From Bugula neritina (taxonomy: Eukaryota; Animalia; Bryozoa), in NCBI GenBank assembly GCA_964035545.1, contig OZ037773.1, positions 4,865,751-4,929,750 on the forward strand: 64,000 bases of DNA, read 5' to 3'. Each line of letters begins with the position of its first letter. Position 1 is the first letter of the stretch. Below the pieces are notes generated by a model, which saw nothing but the letters and a program-made list of their open reading frames with translations, was not told the origin of the DNA and did not search any database. Below, one piece after another: positions 43,991 to 60,678 of the stretch. The translations under genes and the position numbers were made by a program.

Positions 43991-46900
43991 CTAACTCTCA
44001 TTGGTAAATTTCTTAAAATTCAGAGTCAGGTTGGGCAGACTTCCACCCCTAACCTTGTTTATTATGAAAATGATAAGTACTCCCAGACCAACACCAGCTA
44101 CCAAGAATGCAATGGCTATTCCAGCAGCAGCGCCTGAAATTATAATACATAATAAAATTATAATAATAATTTCATAATACCTAATAAAAACCAACTCAAA
44201 TTGTTATGTCAATTATATAACATGATGTTAAATGATAATAGATTTTCAATAATGCTTATAGTAGAATTATAAAAATACAGCCATCAACTCTAAATGTTAC
44301 CTTTTTACCATTCCTAATGTTAATAATAGAAGCACTCGCAGGATGTTTTGTTTAAAATATAAACATTGTTTTTCTAAAAATGCTTTTTTCTCACTTACAA
44401 TTTAGTTTCTTGTAAATTGTTCTTAAATTGCACAGCTGCAACATGTTTGAATCTAGTAATCAAAATTAATTTAGTAGTATACATATTATTTCACTAGCTT
44501 ACTTGGAAACTCACAAGTAAAATGTACTTTAGCAAACCATATACGAAAACTGTATATGTACAAGTTTATATGATCTTGGGCTTTAAGAAAAACCCATAAT
44601 GTCATTGGTTAGTTTTTAATATGGTAAAAGTTTAAATTAGTTCCAACTTGGAAAGAGAAATTAAAAGCTTTGAATAGCAAAACTGGTAAACGTAAAAATT
44701 GATTAATTATTGAAAACACAAAGAAATAAATGCCTATCTTTCAAGTAACTTAAATTTTTAATTACATCTCCTAAAGAGTATTAAATATAGATGCTAGAAA
44801 GATAAAGTAGAATGAATAAGGATGGTCTATAAATAGTTTTACCTGCTTCAAGTTTAACTACAGGTACTTCCTTCACATTCTCAACAGTAACATTTCGAGT
44901 GACCACAACAGTGTTGTTCAGGTATCGAGTTATAATGGTATCTCTAATGTGATGGATTGACTCTGGAATAGCATATACCGGCTTCAGCTGCAACAGATAT
45001 AATTCTTATGAAATATTCAACATGTTGAATCATTGAAGGATTTAAACTCTGATATGATTCTTAGAACATAATTATTTTAGCACAGCGTGCAGTAACAATT
45101 GGCAGTAAAACATATACATGTTTCTGTAAAATAATGGTACCAACTCTAACTTTAACTCTTTAACTTTAAAAAGCACCATGCTTTCATAACTTGGTTTACA
45201 ATTTCAAAATTAGAATTACTTGATATTTTCAACTGAATCTGTAAAAACTATTTTTGATTCAATGCTAATGCTCACCGGTACTTTGCTTTCATCAATCCAG
45301 CCAATCTCTACCACAAACAGTCCTGAAACTATTATAGCATTCAGAGCTTCAAGAGATCTAGATGTTGGCAGAGTATACGATGTAGGTAGAGAGTCGGAGT
45401 TATTCCCCCGTATCTCTGATGGATCTAATATTTGGAAACTCACTCGAACTGAGTCATCTGTATCGCTCTTTTGCCACTAAAGGAAAAGGAAGTGATTGAG
45501 TTGCAAAATATCAAAGATAAATATTTTCCAAGTTTTAGATTAGCTCATAGATGTTCATGGAATAAAACTTCTAAGCAAAAAAATAATTGAATTTTTTTAT
45601 TGACCTAATATCATTAAATGCATGCATAAATATTTTGTGTAGCTCTAAAATAAATTGCTACAGTTGAATAAATTTTGTCATGTTTAATGTGAAGAATAGG
45701 TCTCCCATATTATTTCTCAAATTCCATATAATTATATTTGAACAAGATCAGTTCTCTGAGAAGTACTTATATAACTAGCTGCTCATAATCATGATTTTGT
45801 TTTAATTTTTTAAGATATTTAAAACAGTAAAAATTATCGTGTTGAAATATTGCTTAGAATTATCAATGATATGTACCGGCTAAAAAGAACAAGACAACTT
45901 CCATTAGGCTGAAGAGAAAAGCGTTTGACAAAATAATACTATATATGCATCCGATGCATGTATGAATTGTGCTATTTCACAGTAGGCTAAATAAGAAACT
46001 TAGTACTATGTTAAGCTAAACTTAGAAATCAGCAAAAACATGCAAGTCAAATAACATCTAAGCTATAATAAATAAGCATCTATATACATACATCAAGGTT
46101 GCTCAATCTTATTGGTGCGACACCCAAAGATCCTATCAGTGTTGTGAACAGCCAAGAAGTAAAGGTTTTTCTGTTCCTTTCCATGATCTCTGACTGGTCA
46201 CCTTGAATAGCAAAGTGCACATTTGATTTCTGGTTGTCATGGTAACAAATCCCTACATCATAAGTCCAAGGATCAGCTTCTCCTTCATCGAATTCAAAGA
46301 TGTTGTGGACAATTGTGCCATAGTCCTAAATATGAGAAAGTAGACAGAATGTAACCTATTCCGTTTATTGAGTTTTTATAGCGTATACAAATCTTACATT
46401 CAGTTGTAGTCAAAATTCTTGAGAAGATCTGATTTAATGAGTTTCTGATGAGGGCTGTCCAGCTCCCCCGTAAACTATGCTAGCAGTATGATCTAAGGAC
46501 TTTGAATATGATGAAGGATTACCATTGACAATGTGGTGTTTCTAAGGTTAACTTCATGCATGTGTTGTGAGAGTCAATGCTTCAACCTACTGGGCCATAG
46601 CCGTTTTTTGTAGCATTAAAAATGTATTTTCAAGATATCACCTATTGAATTCATACTCAATAAAATTAGCAACATAAATTTTGATAGTCCCTATAGTAAG
46701 ACAGACTTTACCGACAGCTTGATGTATATTCTAATTAGTTCCATGACTTCTACAGCTGAAGAAGTGACATCTAAATAAGTTGGAGCTGCAAATGCCAGCT
46801 CCCAAGTTACGCTATAGTTCTCTGGGATTCCAGGAATGATGCCTTTTCTTTCTGAGATGTAAATGTCAGCCGTGACATCACGTATAGTTCTCTATAAAAC

Positions 46901-49900
46901 AGAGACGTCTTCAATTTTATTGGCTAAAATATTAAAGTTTATTATCATTGATTTAACTTTTGATGAAGTCTGCATTGATGAATAACAGAATTTCTTTTGA
47001 GAATATGTGCTCATGTGGCCATATTTTTTGTTATCCAAAATGGCCAACCAACAAAAATGCTGCAGAGTTGAACAGAGATCAGCTGTTGCCGCAAGCTTTT
47101 ACAACGGACTTTAAGCTTAGCCAGTTGTATAACGTTTAGAGTGGTATTATAGCTTACATATGAAATAAAATTTTCATAGAAAGCTAAAAATTTGAAAAAG
47201 GAGAAGTTTGACATTATACTTTTTACTTGAAAATTTAGTCATTGTATAGCTGACAAATCTGCACACAAGTTTTTAAGATTAACCATATAGTATTTTTTTA
47301 TGTTTAGAATGTTATAGTTTTACATAAAATACATTTTTTATAAATGACTAGAAGTTTGAAGAATATAAGATTATCATTGGAGTTTTTCTCTAAACACTAA
47401 ACAGTTCAAACCTAAAAACAAGAATAATAATTGCTTACCTGACCAGTGTAAGTCCAATTCATTGATCCAGAATTACTGGAAATACCAAAAAGCTCCTTCA
47501 CCGACTTTATTCTCACGTGATTGCTGTCTAACGAGACGGCGTCAAACTGTCTGATCTCGTGTAAAGGTGAAATTGTGCAGTTACCAAGCTCTAAATCTCT
47601 GACGTACACAAGGCCTACATGACAGACAAATTACTTTATTCCAAGGTACCTCTACAGAAAATAGTGAACATTAGAACAGCGTTATGATGCCTCTTTTTAT
47701 TAGATAAAAGATATTGTTGCATACTCCATGAATGCTAAAAAAACTGAAATAAGTAAAATACAATGACATGGTTACATATTTGCTTGCATGATAGCTTCTT
47801 AAAGAAAATTTAGGCAATCGACTAGTAGCTGGCTCATTTCCTACAAAATCATGAACTTGATATCAATTATAGCAATATATCAGAATAAAAATAATATATA
47901 AACTAACATATCAGCATAAATAAAAACATCTCTTGAATTGGCTCATAATAATTTTTTCAGTTTTTTATATCTCTTTACATAATATTATACTAATTACCAA
48001 CTGGAATGTGTTATTGAGACATGCAGATGGCTATTATATACTCTTCACCTCACCTGAGACAAAGTCATGGACTTCTGTCAAGGGACGCTGAGAACCTGGT
48101 AAGTTGGTGCCAAGTGAGATGCCTTTAGGAGTGTAGTCTAGACGTACTAGATTATATGTGTTGTCATAGTATTCCTGCAAACCATGTATTATCTTTGTTT
48201 TGTGCAATGATTGATGCACTCACACGCACACACACATACTCACGCACATGCATGCATACAAACATCCATGCACACACATGCATACGCACACACACACATG
48301 CACGCACGCACGCAGGCACACACACTCGCGCACACACATACCCACGCCCACACACATGTACACTCGCATGCGCACGCGAGCACGCGCACACACACAAACA
48401 AGTACGCACACACATTGCAGATTGTAATTTTATGCCTATAACTTTTAGAAAATTTCAGTAAATTGCTTTTTATGTCTGTTCGGCAGTTGAAAAAAATTTA
48501 TTTATAATAAATTTTACGAAATAATTTACCCGAATCACTGTAAAAACTTTGTTGCCTCCTTTTAATTCATGGATCATTTCTGATGCCATAGAGAAGTGCC
48601 CATTTGGCGCTATAAGTGGAAGATCATGAGGTTGAGATGGGCCAACATCAAAGTTTTTCAGGTGAGGGCAAAGTGTACCCTGAATAATCTACAATAGATA
48701 CTGACTGCTATAAAGAGTGAATTGAGAATACTACCAGTGTGTTTCTTGCTTTAAATAAAAATTGGAGTGACTTCAGTTTTATTGAGTGCAGACATCAATT
48801 TTTAAAGTTTTAATGAGAACTATGCAAATACTTTTTATGAAATATTTATTTTGATATAAATGCAAGATAAATCTGATAAAATCAATTAGAATTTAGACTG
48901 TTTGCTCTTTAACTTATAACATTGTTTAATGTTTAGATATCTGATAAAAATTACAAGGTTGAAATATGATGAAAAAGAAGTTATTCAGTAACATGCAAAG
49001 TGGATAAGTTAGAGAAAGTATGTTAGAGACTTAGAGCATTAGGCAAGCAGGTGCTAGCAAGTGTTAAGAATGATCAATATAATATGCTGACAATTACTTG
49101 TGACTCACTATAGCAATCTTTGACATGCATGTCTCTTAACTTTGAATACCTGGAAATGGGCAGCTTCCTCTTTGGTAATGAAGTTCTTATAATTGTTGAA
49201 CGTGTAGGTGTGGTCAATCTTCCTGCCGGTGCCAGACACACCTCTGACCTTCAGCATGACTGGAACTTGGTGACTGTTTCCTGTGGAAGGCGTCCAGTCG
49301 CTTTCATCTGACAAACATATCAGGATATTAAAATATAAACACTGTTTGCTAGAGTTACAGGAAGTAAAGATTATATACAAAAATGTACAAACCACTTCAG
49401 AGAGCACTCTGTAGGTTAGGCCAATTTTAAAAAAGGCTCAAGTGGCTTTTAGTTGCCCTACCTGTGAGAGCCTCCAATATAAAAAGTTCTTTTTAAAAGC
49501 GGCTAAAAATTTGTTTCTATCATGGCAAAGGAATGACTACAATTGAATGCCCTTCAGAACATCACCAATAGGCTATGAACTATTAAACTATTGAACTACT
49601 GACCTTGTGTTTACTAACCAACACTGTAACCCCTAGACCACTGCTGCATGTATTTTATACTGTCTAATCACACTAAAAGAATTACAGGTGAAAATACCTG
49701 TGAAATACCACTCAGCAACCACATTTGCGTCTAAAGCAGCAATATAGTGTTTATCCAACCATTTCTCTACTTTTACTCCTGTGTCCAGAGTTTCCTTTCC
49801 CTGTAAAAGTTTTTTTATAAACATGCAGATGGGTTTTTGGTATTATACTTACTACAGTAAACTGGCATACTTTAAATTTTGTTGTAACAATTTCTTTTAT

Positions 49901-51815
49901 AGTAAAACTATTTGAAACTGTCTGTTATTGAAAAAAAGTGCTGATGGAAAGTGTTTTAAGTGAACTATGTATTGTTAAGCTGAGGCACTTCCTGACACCA
50001 ACAATGGCGCTGCATATATGCTAGAGCTCAAACCAGTGCTTACTAGTCTATGAAGAGCTCTAGTCGCTAGTTCACGTCAGTTTTCTTGCATATTTTGTCA
50101 GATATGGAGCAGCAATGTAAAAATGCAAACTGAGTGTCAATTATCTAAGCAGCACAGCCCTATGACACGATAACACTGTAATAATAGCCTACCTTTATAC
50201 AGTTTGTGACTTTAACTACTTTCATAGTATACTTACCACTTAGTTTCTCATTCAACATGATTAATTGACTATTTGGTTTAAAAAACATATACTTTAATAC
50301 ACAAACTATAAGTAAAAAATAAATTTGCTCTCATATACACAACTCTTCAACAATTGCCAACTGCCAGCTTAAACTATAGACTATTTCTACCATTATTGAA
50401 GCATTATAGGCACACCAATCAAGCACTCTTTAGCTATAGTAAATGTGGCTGCAGGTAATTGATTGTGAGAAAACCAACCTTGTACTCTGGAGGAGAATAA
50501 GGATTTATCATAAATGCAGAGGCAACTGTGAATCCAGTGGTAGAATTGACGTAATTTCCAAACATGAATGTATCCGTTCCCTTACCATCCAACTCGCTGG
50601 CATTACAGTAAACAGAACCTGTTGAAATATTTAGTACGTAATTACAGCGATGTGTTAACGTTATTCAAATCTTAAAGCTAAACCTTAAACTCAAACCTTA
50701 AAGTTTAAACCTATTTTTATCAGTGACTAACCCATCACAGTAAAGGAAAACTGTGTATGTAATATTATCAACTTTAAAAGTGAATTACGGGAGAGATATG
50801 ATTACAACTATAGCAAAGTTTCACTTCACATAATATTGTGATTTTCTAGACATGCACTCACCATCAGGTAAGTCAATCGTCTCCACTATCTGATTAGTGT
50901 AGAAGTTGTAGATATCAGTGCCAAATAGACTGAGATTCTTATACTCTCCTGTAGCCATTCTTTCTTTTATTACAGCTCGATTATTAGCTATAAAAACACA
51001 GGCTAAATTGTGAACTTTTAAATTTTTAAGCGTTGTAAATATAATTTGTACAAGTAAGTTAAATTATTTTAAATCATTCCTGTTAGTTTCATTTTCTCAG
51101 TGATGCAGGCAGTTTAGAAACTCCGTACCATACATCATGTGGTTTCAGTAGTCTCCATTTTTAAAATGTTCTAGAGTTTAAATTATTAAATAAAATAAGT
51201 CTAAGCAATTAAGGTATCAACTTGCATCTGCAGTAAAGAAGGCAATGAAGACTGTCAAGCAAGTACGGAGTAAACATGAAGTTTATAACTTATAAGTCGC
51301 AAGTTTGAACTCAAAATAAATAGAAACATAAAAAAACAAAAGACAAAAGTATGATCTGGTCAACAAGATGTAGATTTATGGCAAAACTTAGTTTAATAAA
51401 GGATTTACTCACGAGCATCAAATATTGTGTACAGGGACCTGGTAGACTTGTTGGCCGTTACGTACATTTCAATGTTAGCAACATATCGGTCCGACACTTC
51501 CGGAAAATCTTTCTTTACTAAAAATTGAACATAGCACACCAGTGGCATATCTGAAAATGCATGTGTACTTGCATGTCATTATTGTGCTTCATATAAGATA
51601 AATGAATAAGATAACTATATCATAGAAATGCTGATTACACATATGTGATACTTGAGACTTTTAAAGCCTTTGATATTTGTATTAATTTTAGGCAATCTTC
51701 ACAAATGAAAACTGAATTTACACAACATACTTTCTGCTGCCCTTTTCTCAACAGCTGATTGTGATCTTGAGATTAGACAGAGAGCCGCAAGCAATATCAG
51801 AAACTGGTAAGTCAT
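43991..51815 (-). CDS. Type I membrane glycoprotein (~700 aa, 14 exons) with putative LolA/ependymin-like domains
   Basis: Signal peptide MTYQFLILLAALCLISRSQSA; approximate exons 51815-51731, 51517-51413, 50987-50862, 50618-50479, 49801-49698, 49307-49149, 48689-48530, 48174-48054, 47614-47439, 46891-46712, 46324-46092, 45477-45220, 44987-44843, 44133-43991; motifs EYYD...LVRLDY, TEVHDF.SG..YVRD...GNCTI; C-terminal TM GAAAGIAIAFLVAGVGLGVLIIFII. Gene structure is solid; the fold is inference. Confidence 0.85.
48216..48415. repeat. CA-rich degenerate microsatellite
   Basis: Directly visible. Confidence 0.95.
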
Positions 51816-53617
51816 AATGGGTGTATGTGCCTGCCTCCCTCTGTTTTTTCTTCAGTTAGCTAGTATACTCTGCAGAGCTAGATAGAAGACAACTCTTGTT
51901 GTGAATTGGTATGCCTACTCAGTAATCTTCTAAATCATCAGTCTGTTTATAATTGTGTACATTTGCTGATTTATGTAACATGTAACCAATAATCTAGTAA
52001 GTGAAAAACTGAAATAATGAAAGATTTACCAGCATAATAAACAAGTCAAATACACACACAGATGATAATTTTAATGATTAAACAAACAAATTATAGACAA
52101 TTATAGCAATTTATAGCAATTTCTGTTTGTCATCGACTTAAAATTGTAAAAAGTCTCAATATGAAATAACAGGAAAACATTAGGTTAAGAAATAAATTGA
52201 AGGCAGTATAGTTTTGATGTATACATACCTATTGGCGTGGCCTAATTTAAAGTTACTGTTAGCTGCCACAACTATGGTTTGACACCATGTAGCAAGTAGT
52301 TGTTAGTAGTTGCACAGAAAGTCTTTTAGAAATAAATGAAGATTTGAAGAAAGTTTTCAAAGTAGTAACTCTAGTTAAGGTATAAATAAAAATTTGAAGC
52401 AGAAGATCGCTTTAATCTAAGTCACTCCCACTTGTTATCACTCCTTATAGTAACAGTAGGTGATAAGATTCCATAGCAAATATAGTCAACATAAAGGAGC
52501 ACAATATTAGGCACTGAATGTCACATACTACTAGGATGATAAGCTTTCTTATGCCACTATGAATTTTCTTATGGATCATAAATCTTCAAGATTTCATAAT
52601 GATTACTAATCTATAACATGCTTGATTGTAGTCCATCAATTAATGATTAGTTCAAATATAATTAACCATGATGTCTAATTATGAGTATACACAATATTTT
52701 TAATTGTAGTTAACCAGTATTTTTAATTTTTTGAACTGATATGTCTAATTGTATAATTACCCAATATGCTTCATTTTCAACCAAAATACAATCTGCAATT
52801 ACAGTATAATTTCATTTTCTGAAAAAGCTATAAATACCTTTCAGCCAATATTTTCAAAACCTGAATTTTTTATAGTCCCAAGAAAAGAGTAAAAACAGTG
52901 AGTTTACAAATAGTGCAGAAAGTAGCCAATGTATTTATATAAGATTGTTGGTTCTATGAATAATGCAGTTAGTAACAATTATCTTTGAGTAATATGTGTG
53001 CCAAGTGTAGTAAGTCAAAGCAAATATACTGTACCATTCATTAAATAAACTACTTTTTCTGTAAACGTGGAATAGACTATATTGGTTTTGTTGTATATAC
53101 GACCATTAAATAAAAAAGAGTGAAAAAAAAATTCAAGTTGTGTTTTATTTAGTATACATGTTGTCCTATTGTCTTTATTTACACTGGCAATAATACTTCC
53201 ATGTGAACAAATAAAGCGTATCATTTTAGAAGTTTTATTCAGCTTAGAAAGCACTGCTCTAACCCAATAAGCAATGCAAACGTGGTTCAATATTGTTACT
53301 TTACAATCTAAAACTAATTAAAGTATGCGTGTATATTAATCTGTATTTGTACGTATTTCTATATTTTAAATAAAACAGATGTATAGTAAATGAAATGTTT
53401 GAAGAACAGCCAATGACTTATTCCAAATGTTTTACGATAATTACTTTTTGTAAAATCAATAATTTCATACTTTTAACTGATATCAGGTTTCCTGTATATT
53501 AACCTTTGCGTAACTAAAACTAATTTGACAAGAGAGTGCTACTTAGAAGGATCAATGTATAGAATGGCTTATTTTAAGAATCAAACAACCATACACTTCT
53601 CAGACCTACAATAAAAC

Positions 53618-56481
<2,864 letters not shown>

Positions 56482-57584
56482 GACCTGTTATACCTTGACC
56501 CTAGAAACTGTTAAGATCTTTTTGACATAAACGTGTTTGTTGAATTGAAGTTGCATCTAGTTCATAGTGCAGTACTGATGTGATATTATGTATTGATTTT
56601 ATAGGTTGTACAAAATAGCTTTCTTTACCATAAGCTATGTATATAACTATTGGTGTGTCATTAACTTCATGTATGCATTTTATCTTTAATCAAGTGTGGT
56701 ATTTGTATGAGTGTGAAATTTGAAACATTACTTGATTTGTCAATTAAAACAACAAAGCCAAAAAAACTTTGTTATAAATTTTAAATAGCAGTAAATATGT
56801 TTATTGTTTTTGTGTTTACGATGTTTCTGTTATTACACAAATGTAGGTATAATGAAAAAAAAGACATACAATATGACATAGTATAATATATGTGTAGCAA
56901 TGTGCTGTGCAATATAGTTATCATAATATTTATCTAAAAATGCCTAGGTTCTATGCATCTATAATTTAAAGTTTCTTTTAAAATATGGCGTTTAATAGTT
57001 ATTAAATAGCTTTAATCAACTTTAATTGTTAGACAAAATTAAGATAAGAATATTATTTGGGCACCCAAGTACTTGCAATTGTTGTAGTGTGAAAAAGGTT
57101 CGAATTACATTTACTTATAAATGTAAGAATTTTCCTTCATGCAATAGCATTTTCAGCAAATGAAAAACGGTTTTAATCTATAATAATAATTTGCATAACA
57201 ACATGTCAGATGTATGGTATTGTTGTAAAAAGCAGTGCCTTTTAGATACTTTAACAATAAGATATTATTCTATACTATAGCTTATCTGATCATGTAGCTA
57301 GAACTAAAAATTCTGTCGCACAACACAAAGTACGATAAGATTTTGATTAAACTTTCAAAAACCTAATCTTTAGCATGAGCATAATTTTAGCTGTTCACTT
57401 TTCTTACAAATAACTAACAATTATTACTCAAATTATAATAGACAGGCAATATAAAAACATGCATGAACAATCTTGCTTGTCTAGTTTTTTATGAATTTAG
57501 AGATTCCTGTATTAGTTCCAGAGGTTATTTTTGCAAATTTTTAGGTTATATAACAGATTGCATGTCATTGCTTATTTTCGTGTA

Positions 57585-57771
57585 TGGAAACACGAGGTTT
57601 GGTTAGATGTAACTAAAGTTGGTAGTGACTGGGTTTAGGACAATGGGGAGCCGTTGGGCTTGAACAATTTCAGTGGAGGTCCCAGATAACACTGGGAGTT
57701 GTATTAACATGTTTACTAATTTCAGATGGAATGACAACTACTGTAATTATTTGGACAGAAGATATATGTAG
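57585..57771 (+). pseudogene. Decayed C-type lectin terminal exon
   Basis: WKHEVWLDVTKVGSDWV*DNGEPL... then, after a frameshift, PDNTGSCINMFTNFRWNDNYC; in-frame TAG 57636-57638; no AG at the homologous acceptor. Confidence 0.88.
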
Positions 57772-58404
57772 GTTTCTAAAAATAAATATTAAAAATAGTG
57801 TTGTTGGTTTGGATCACTTTGCTATATTATGTATCTACAACCTTCCCCAATTGCAATAGCTTTAATCTAAAACCTGAATTCTTTTCATTTTTTTCCTACT
57901 TTACCTTTTTGCATATCTGATACTTTTTCTTGCCTAACCTTTTATTGTCGTGACGGCATACATAGCTATTTTCTGACAAGGTTAATCTAAGCTAGGCAAT
58001 ATTCCGTTCATTGAGTCACCTCGAAATAAAAATTTTAAGAATACAACATTAAGTGGTATATATTATAGTAAAAGTACATCTACGACATGGGGCACATAAT
58101 ATAGTAAACTATTCTTACTGTTGTTCTTTGTCTAAATTAAAATTTATTTATGTCATTCTTTGCTTATAATTTGGTAGACTTATCCAGAAAAAATATTATG
58201 TTCTTTATGACTTCACCAATAGCTTGGCCGAGATTCAAACCGTGGCTGCCACTTTTTTATGAAAACTGTCTAAATTTATATGGTGTTACACAGCAGTATG
58301 TGCTTTGTCATAATTTTTAAACGGTTTTCTGATTTTCTATGCAAGTACCTGACACTTTTGGTATCTTATAAGCACTTGGCCTTCATGGGAGCTCATTTAG
58401 CATT

Positions 58405-58771
58405 GGTAAGTAAAATAATAGTGTAGAGGTAAGTAAAATAATAGTGTAGAGGTAAGTTATCTAATAGTGTAGAGGTAAGTTATCTAATAGTGCAGAGGTA
58501 AGTAATCTAATAGTGTAGAGGTAAGTATTCTGAGAGTGTAGAGGTAAATAATGTGATAGTGTAGAGGTAAGTTATATGATAGTGCAGAGGTAAGTAATCT
58601 AATAGTGTAGAGGTAAGTATTCTGAGAGTGTAGAGGTAAGTAATGTGATAATGTAGAGGTAAGTTATATGATAATGTGGAGGTAAGTATTCTGAGAGTGT
58701 GGAGGTAAGTAATCTGATAGTGTAAAGGTAAGTAATCTAATATTGTAAAGGTAAGTGATCTAATATTGCAA
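58405..58771 (+). repeat. 23-bp minisatellite, ~16 copies, containing GGTAAGT
   Basis: TAGTGTAGAGGTAAGT(A/T)ATCT(A/G)A units. Confidence 0.95.
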
Positions 58772-59673
58772 AGTGAATAGTTTAATTTTGTATCATTATA
58801 GTTTGTCAAAGGGAAACACAACTCATTATTATATGCACAGATTTTTCATAATGGCCATTAAACCAGGAATAACAGATTTGTCTGCAACTATAATTTATAG
58901 TTTGTACGCAATTTTGCACAAATTTACTCATTGCAGTTTATCAAAAGCTATACTTATTCAAAGCAAACCAGCACGGTAAAAGCCTCTTTGCTATTAGTTA
59001 AACAAAGTTTATTGTAATAGAAGTTGTTGAATACATAAAATCTCACAACATTCAGTCCACGAGTCCCAAGAGTAATGGGATATAATTAGCATGTGTTTTC
59101 TAACAAAAGCTGCTGCAGCAACATGTGCGTATATTATGAGTTTTCATAACACTATACTTGGTCTGTTGCTAAAATTCCTTTGGCCTCTAAGGATGGTAGG
59201 CTCCACAATTGTATGCAAAGTTTATCAACCTCTGATGAATAATAATGGAACAGACGTCTAGTTAAAAACCAGTCAAGCAAATGCATATAATGTAGTTCAT
59301 TTTATTACCTTCACTTTCTCAGGACATTTTTAAATATTGTTTTTCTATTGTCATTAGATGTGAGTGCGGTTGCGGTTCACACAAAATGTTGTGTTCGAAA
59401 TGTGTTCCAAACATACAAAGTTCAGTTTTTTGATTAATTAATACACATATCAGTAATTTGATCTTATATAAAATAACTTTCCAATGAAAACCTCTTTCTG
59501 ATTCAAAATCTTTAAGAATATGACTCAGAATTTTGTTTTGCTCCTGTAGCTCAACTTCATTTGATAGTTTGCAGCAGCTAGCATCTGTCGTCATTTCCTA
59601 CAGTTTAGTCACACAAATAAATTATATTGATAGTATTTAATGCAGTTAATCTATGGCTCATTACGTATCATTG

Positions 59674-59675
<2 letters not shown>

Positions 59676-59730
<55 letters not shown>
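59676..59730. repeat. (TA)n microsatellite
   Basis: Directly visible. Confidence 0.99.
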
Positions 59731-59733
<3 letters not shown>

Positions 59734-60678
59734 AACAGTTTGATCAAAATCATTAAATCAATCATAATCCTCATTACATTAATTTGAAATATATAAAAAC
59801 TTTCAATAAATTTCCAATATTTAAAAATAATCCAGTGAAAGCATAAAATTAATCCACAAAAACGGAAAAACTTAAATATACTTCTGATGAGTGTTTGTGA
59901 GTTTACTTATTCTGTTTAAATTATCTTAACATACAGATGCTCAAACAACACGGTTATAGCAAGTAATTGGTCTATAGCTCAAAGGTTTCAAATTTTTTCA
60001 TCTTCATAAAGGCTTAGCTATGTAGCTGTTTAATTTATTACATTTTTATACCAGTTGTTTAGATTTTATGGTGCGGTGGTGAGATGCGAGATCATATAAT
60101 TTTCTTTAATGCAAAGTTGTTGAAATTAAATGAGCACATTGTAAAACTAATTTAAAAATCAATTGAAGGTTTTCATTTTAATATTGAGTAAGTAAGCAAA
60201 TTAGGCTGAAGACACTTGTTGTTGATATAGCAAGCTTTCTAACCATTTTTTTACGAGTGTAGCAGTGAGCTAATATAAGTTACAATTTATGTTGTTTACT
60301 GTTTTGGAACAGCTGTTAAAAAAGGCGTTTTATCTTTACTAAACAATATGTACAGCATCTACTATAATGGGTCTTCATTACCAATATTGTAATGTTTTTA
60401 TCAAAAAATTTATAAAAATTCATACAAAGCTAAATCTGAAATTTATAGTAACGAAAGGCTAAAATATTGAGAGCTCATAGGCTTTTCAATATTTTTAAAA
60501 GTTTTACAGTGGAACAGCTTTAGAAAAATCAATATTTTTACTATATTATAAGTGTATAGTGAGAAAGTCCCCTAATGATACAACATGTTGTTTAAATTTT
60601 GCTGCTGCTATGCTATGCTGCTGCCACTATACTACTGCTGCTGCTGCTGCATATATAAGGCAGATATTATACAACAAA

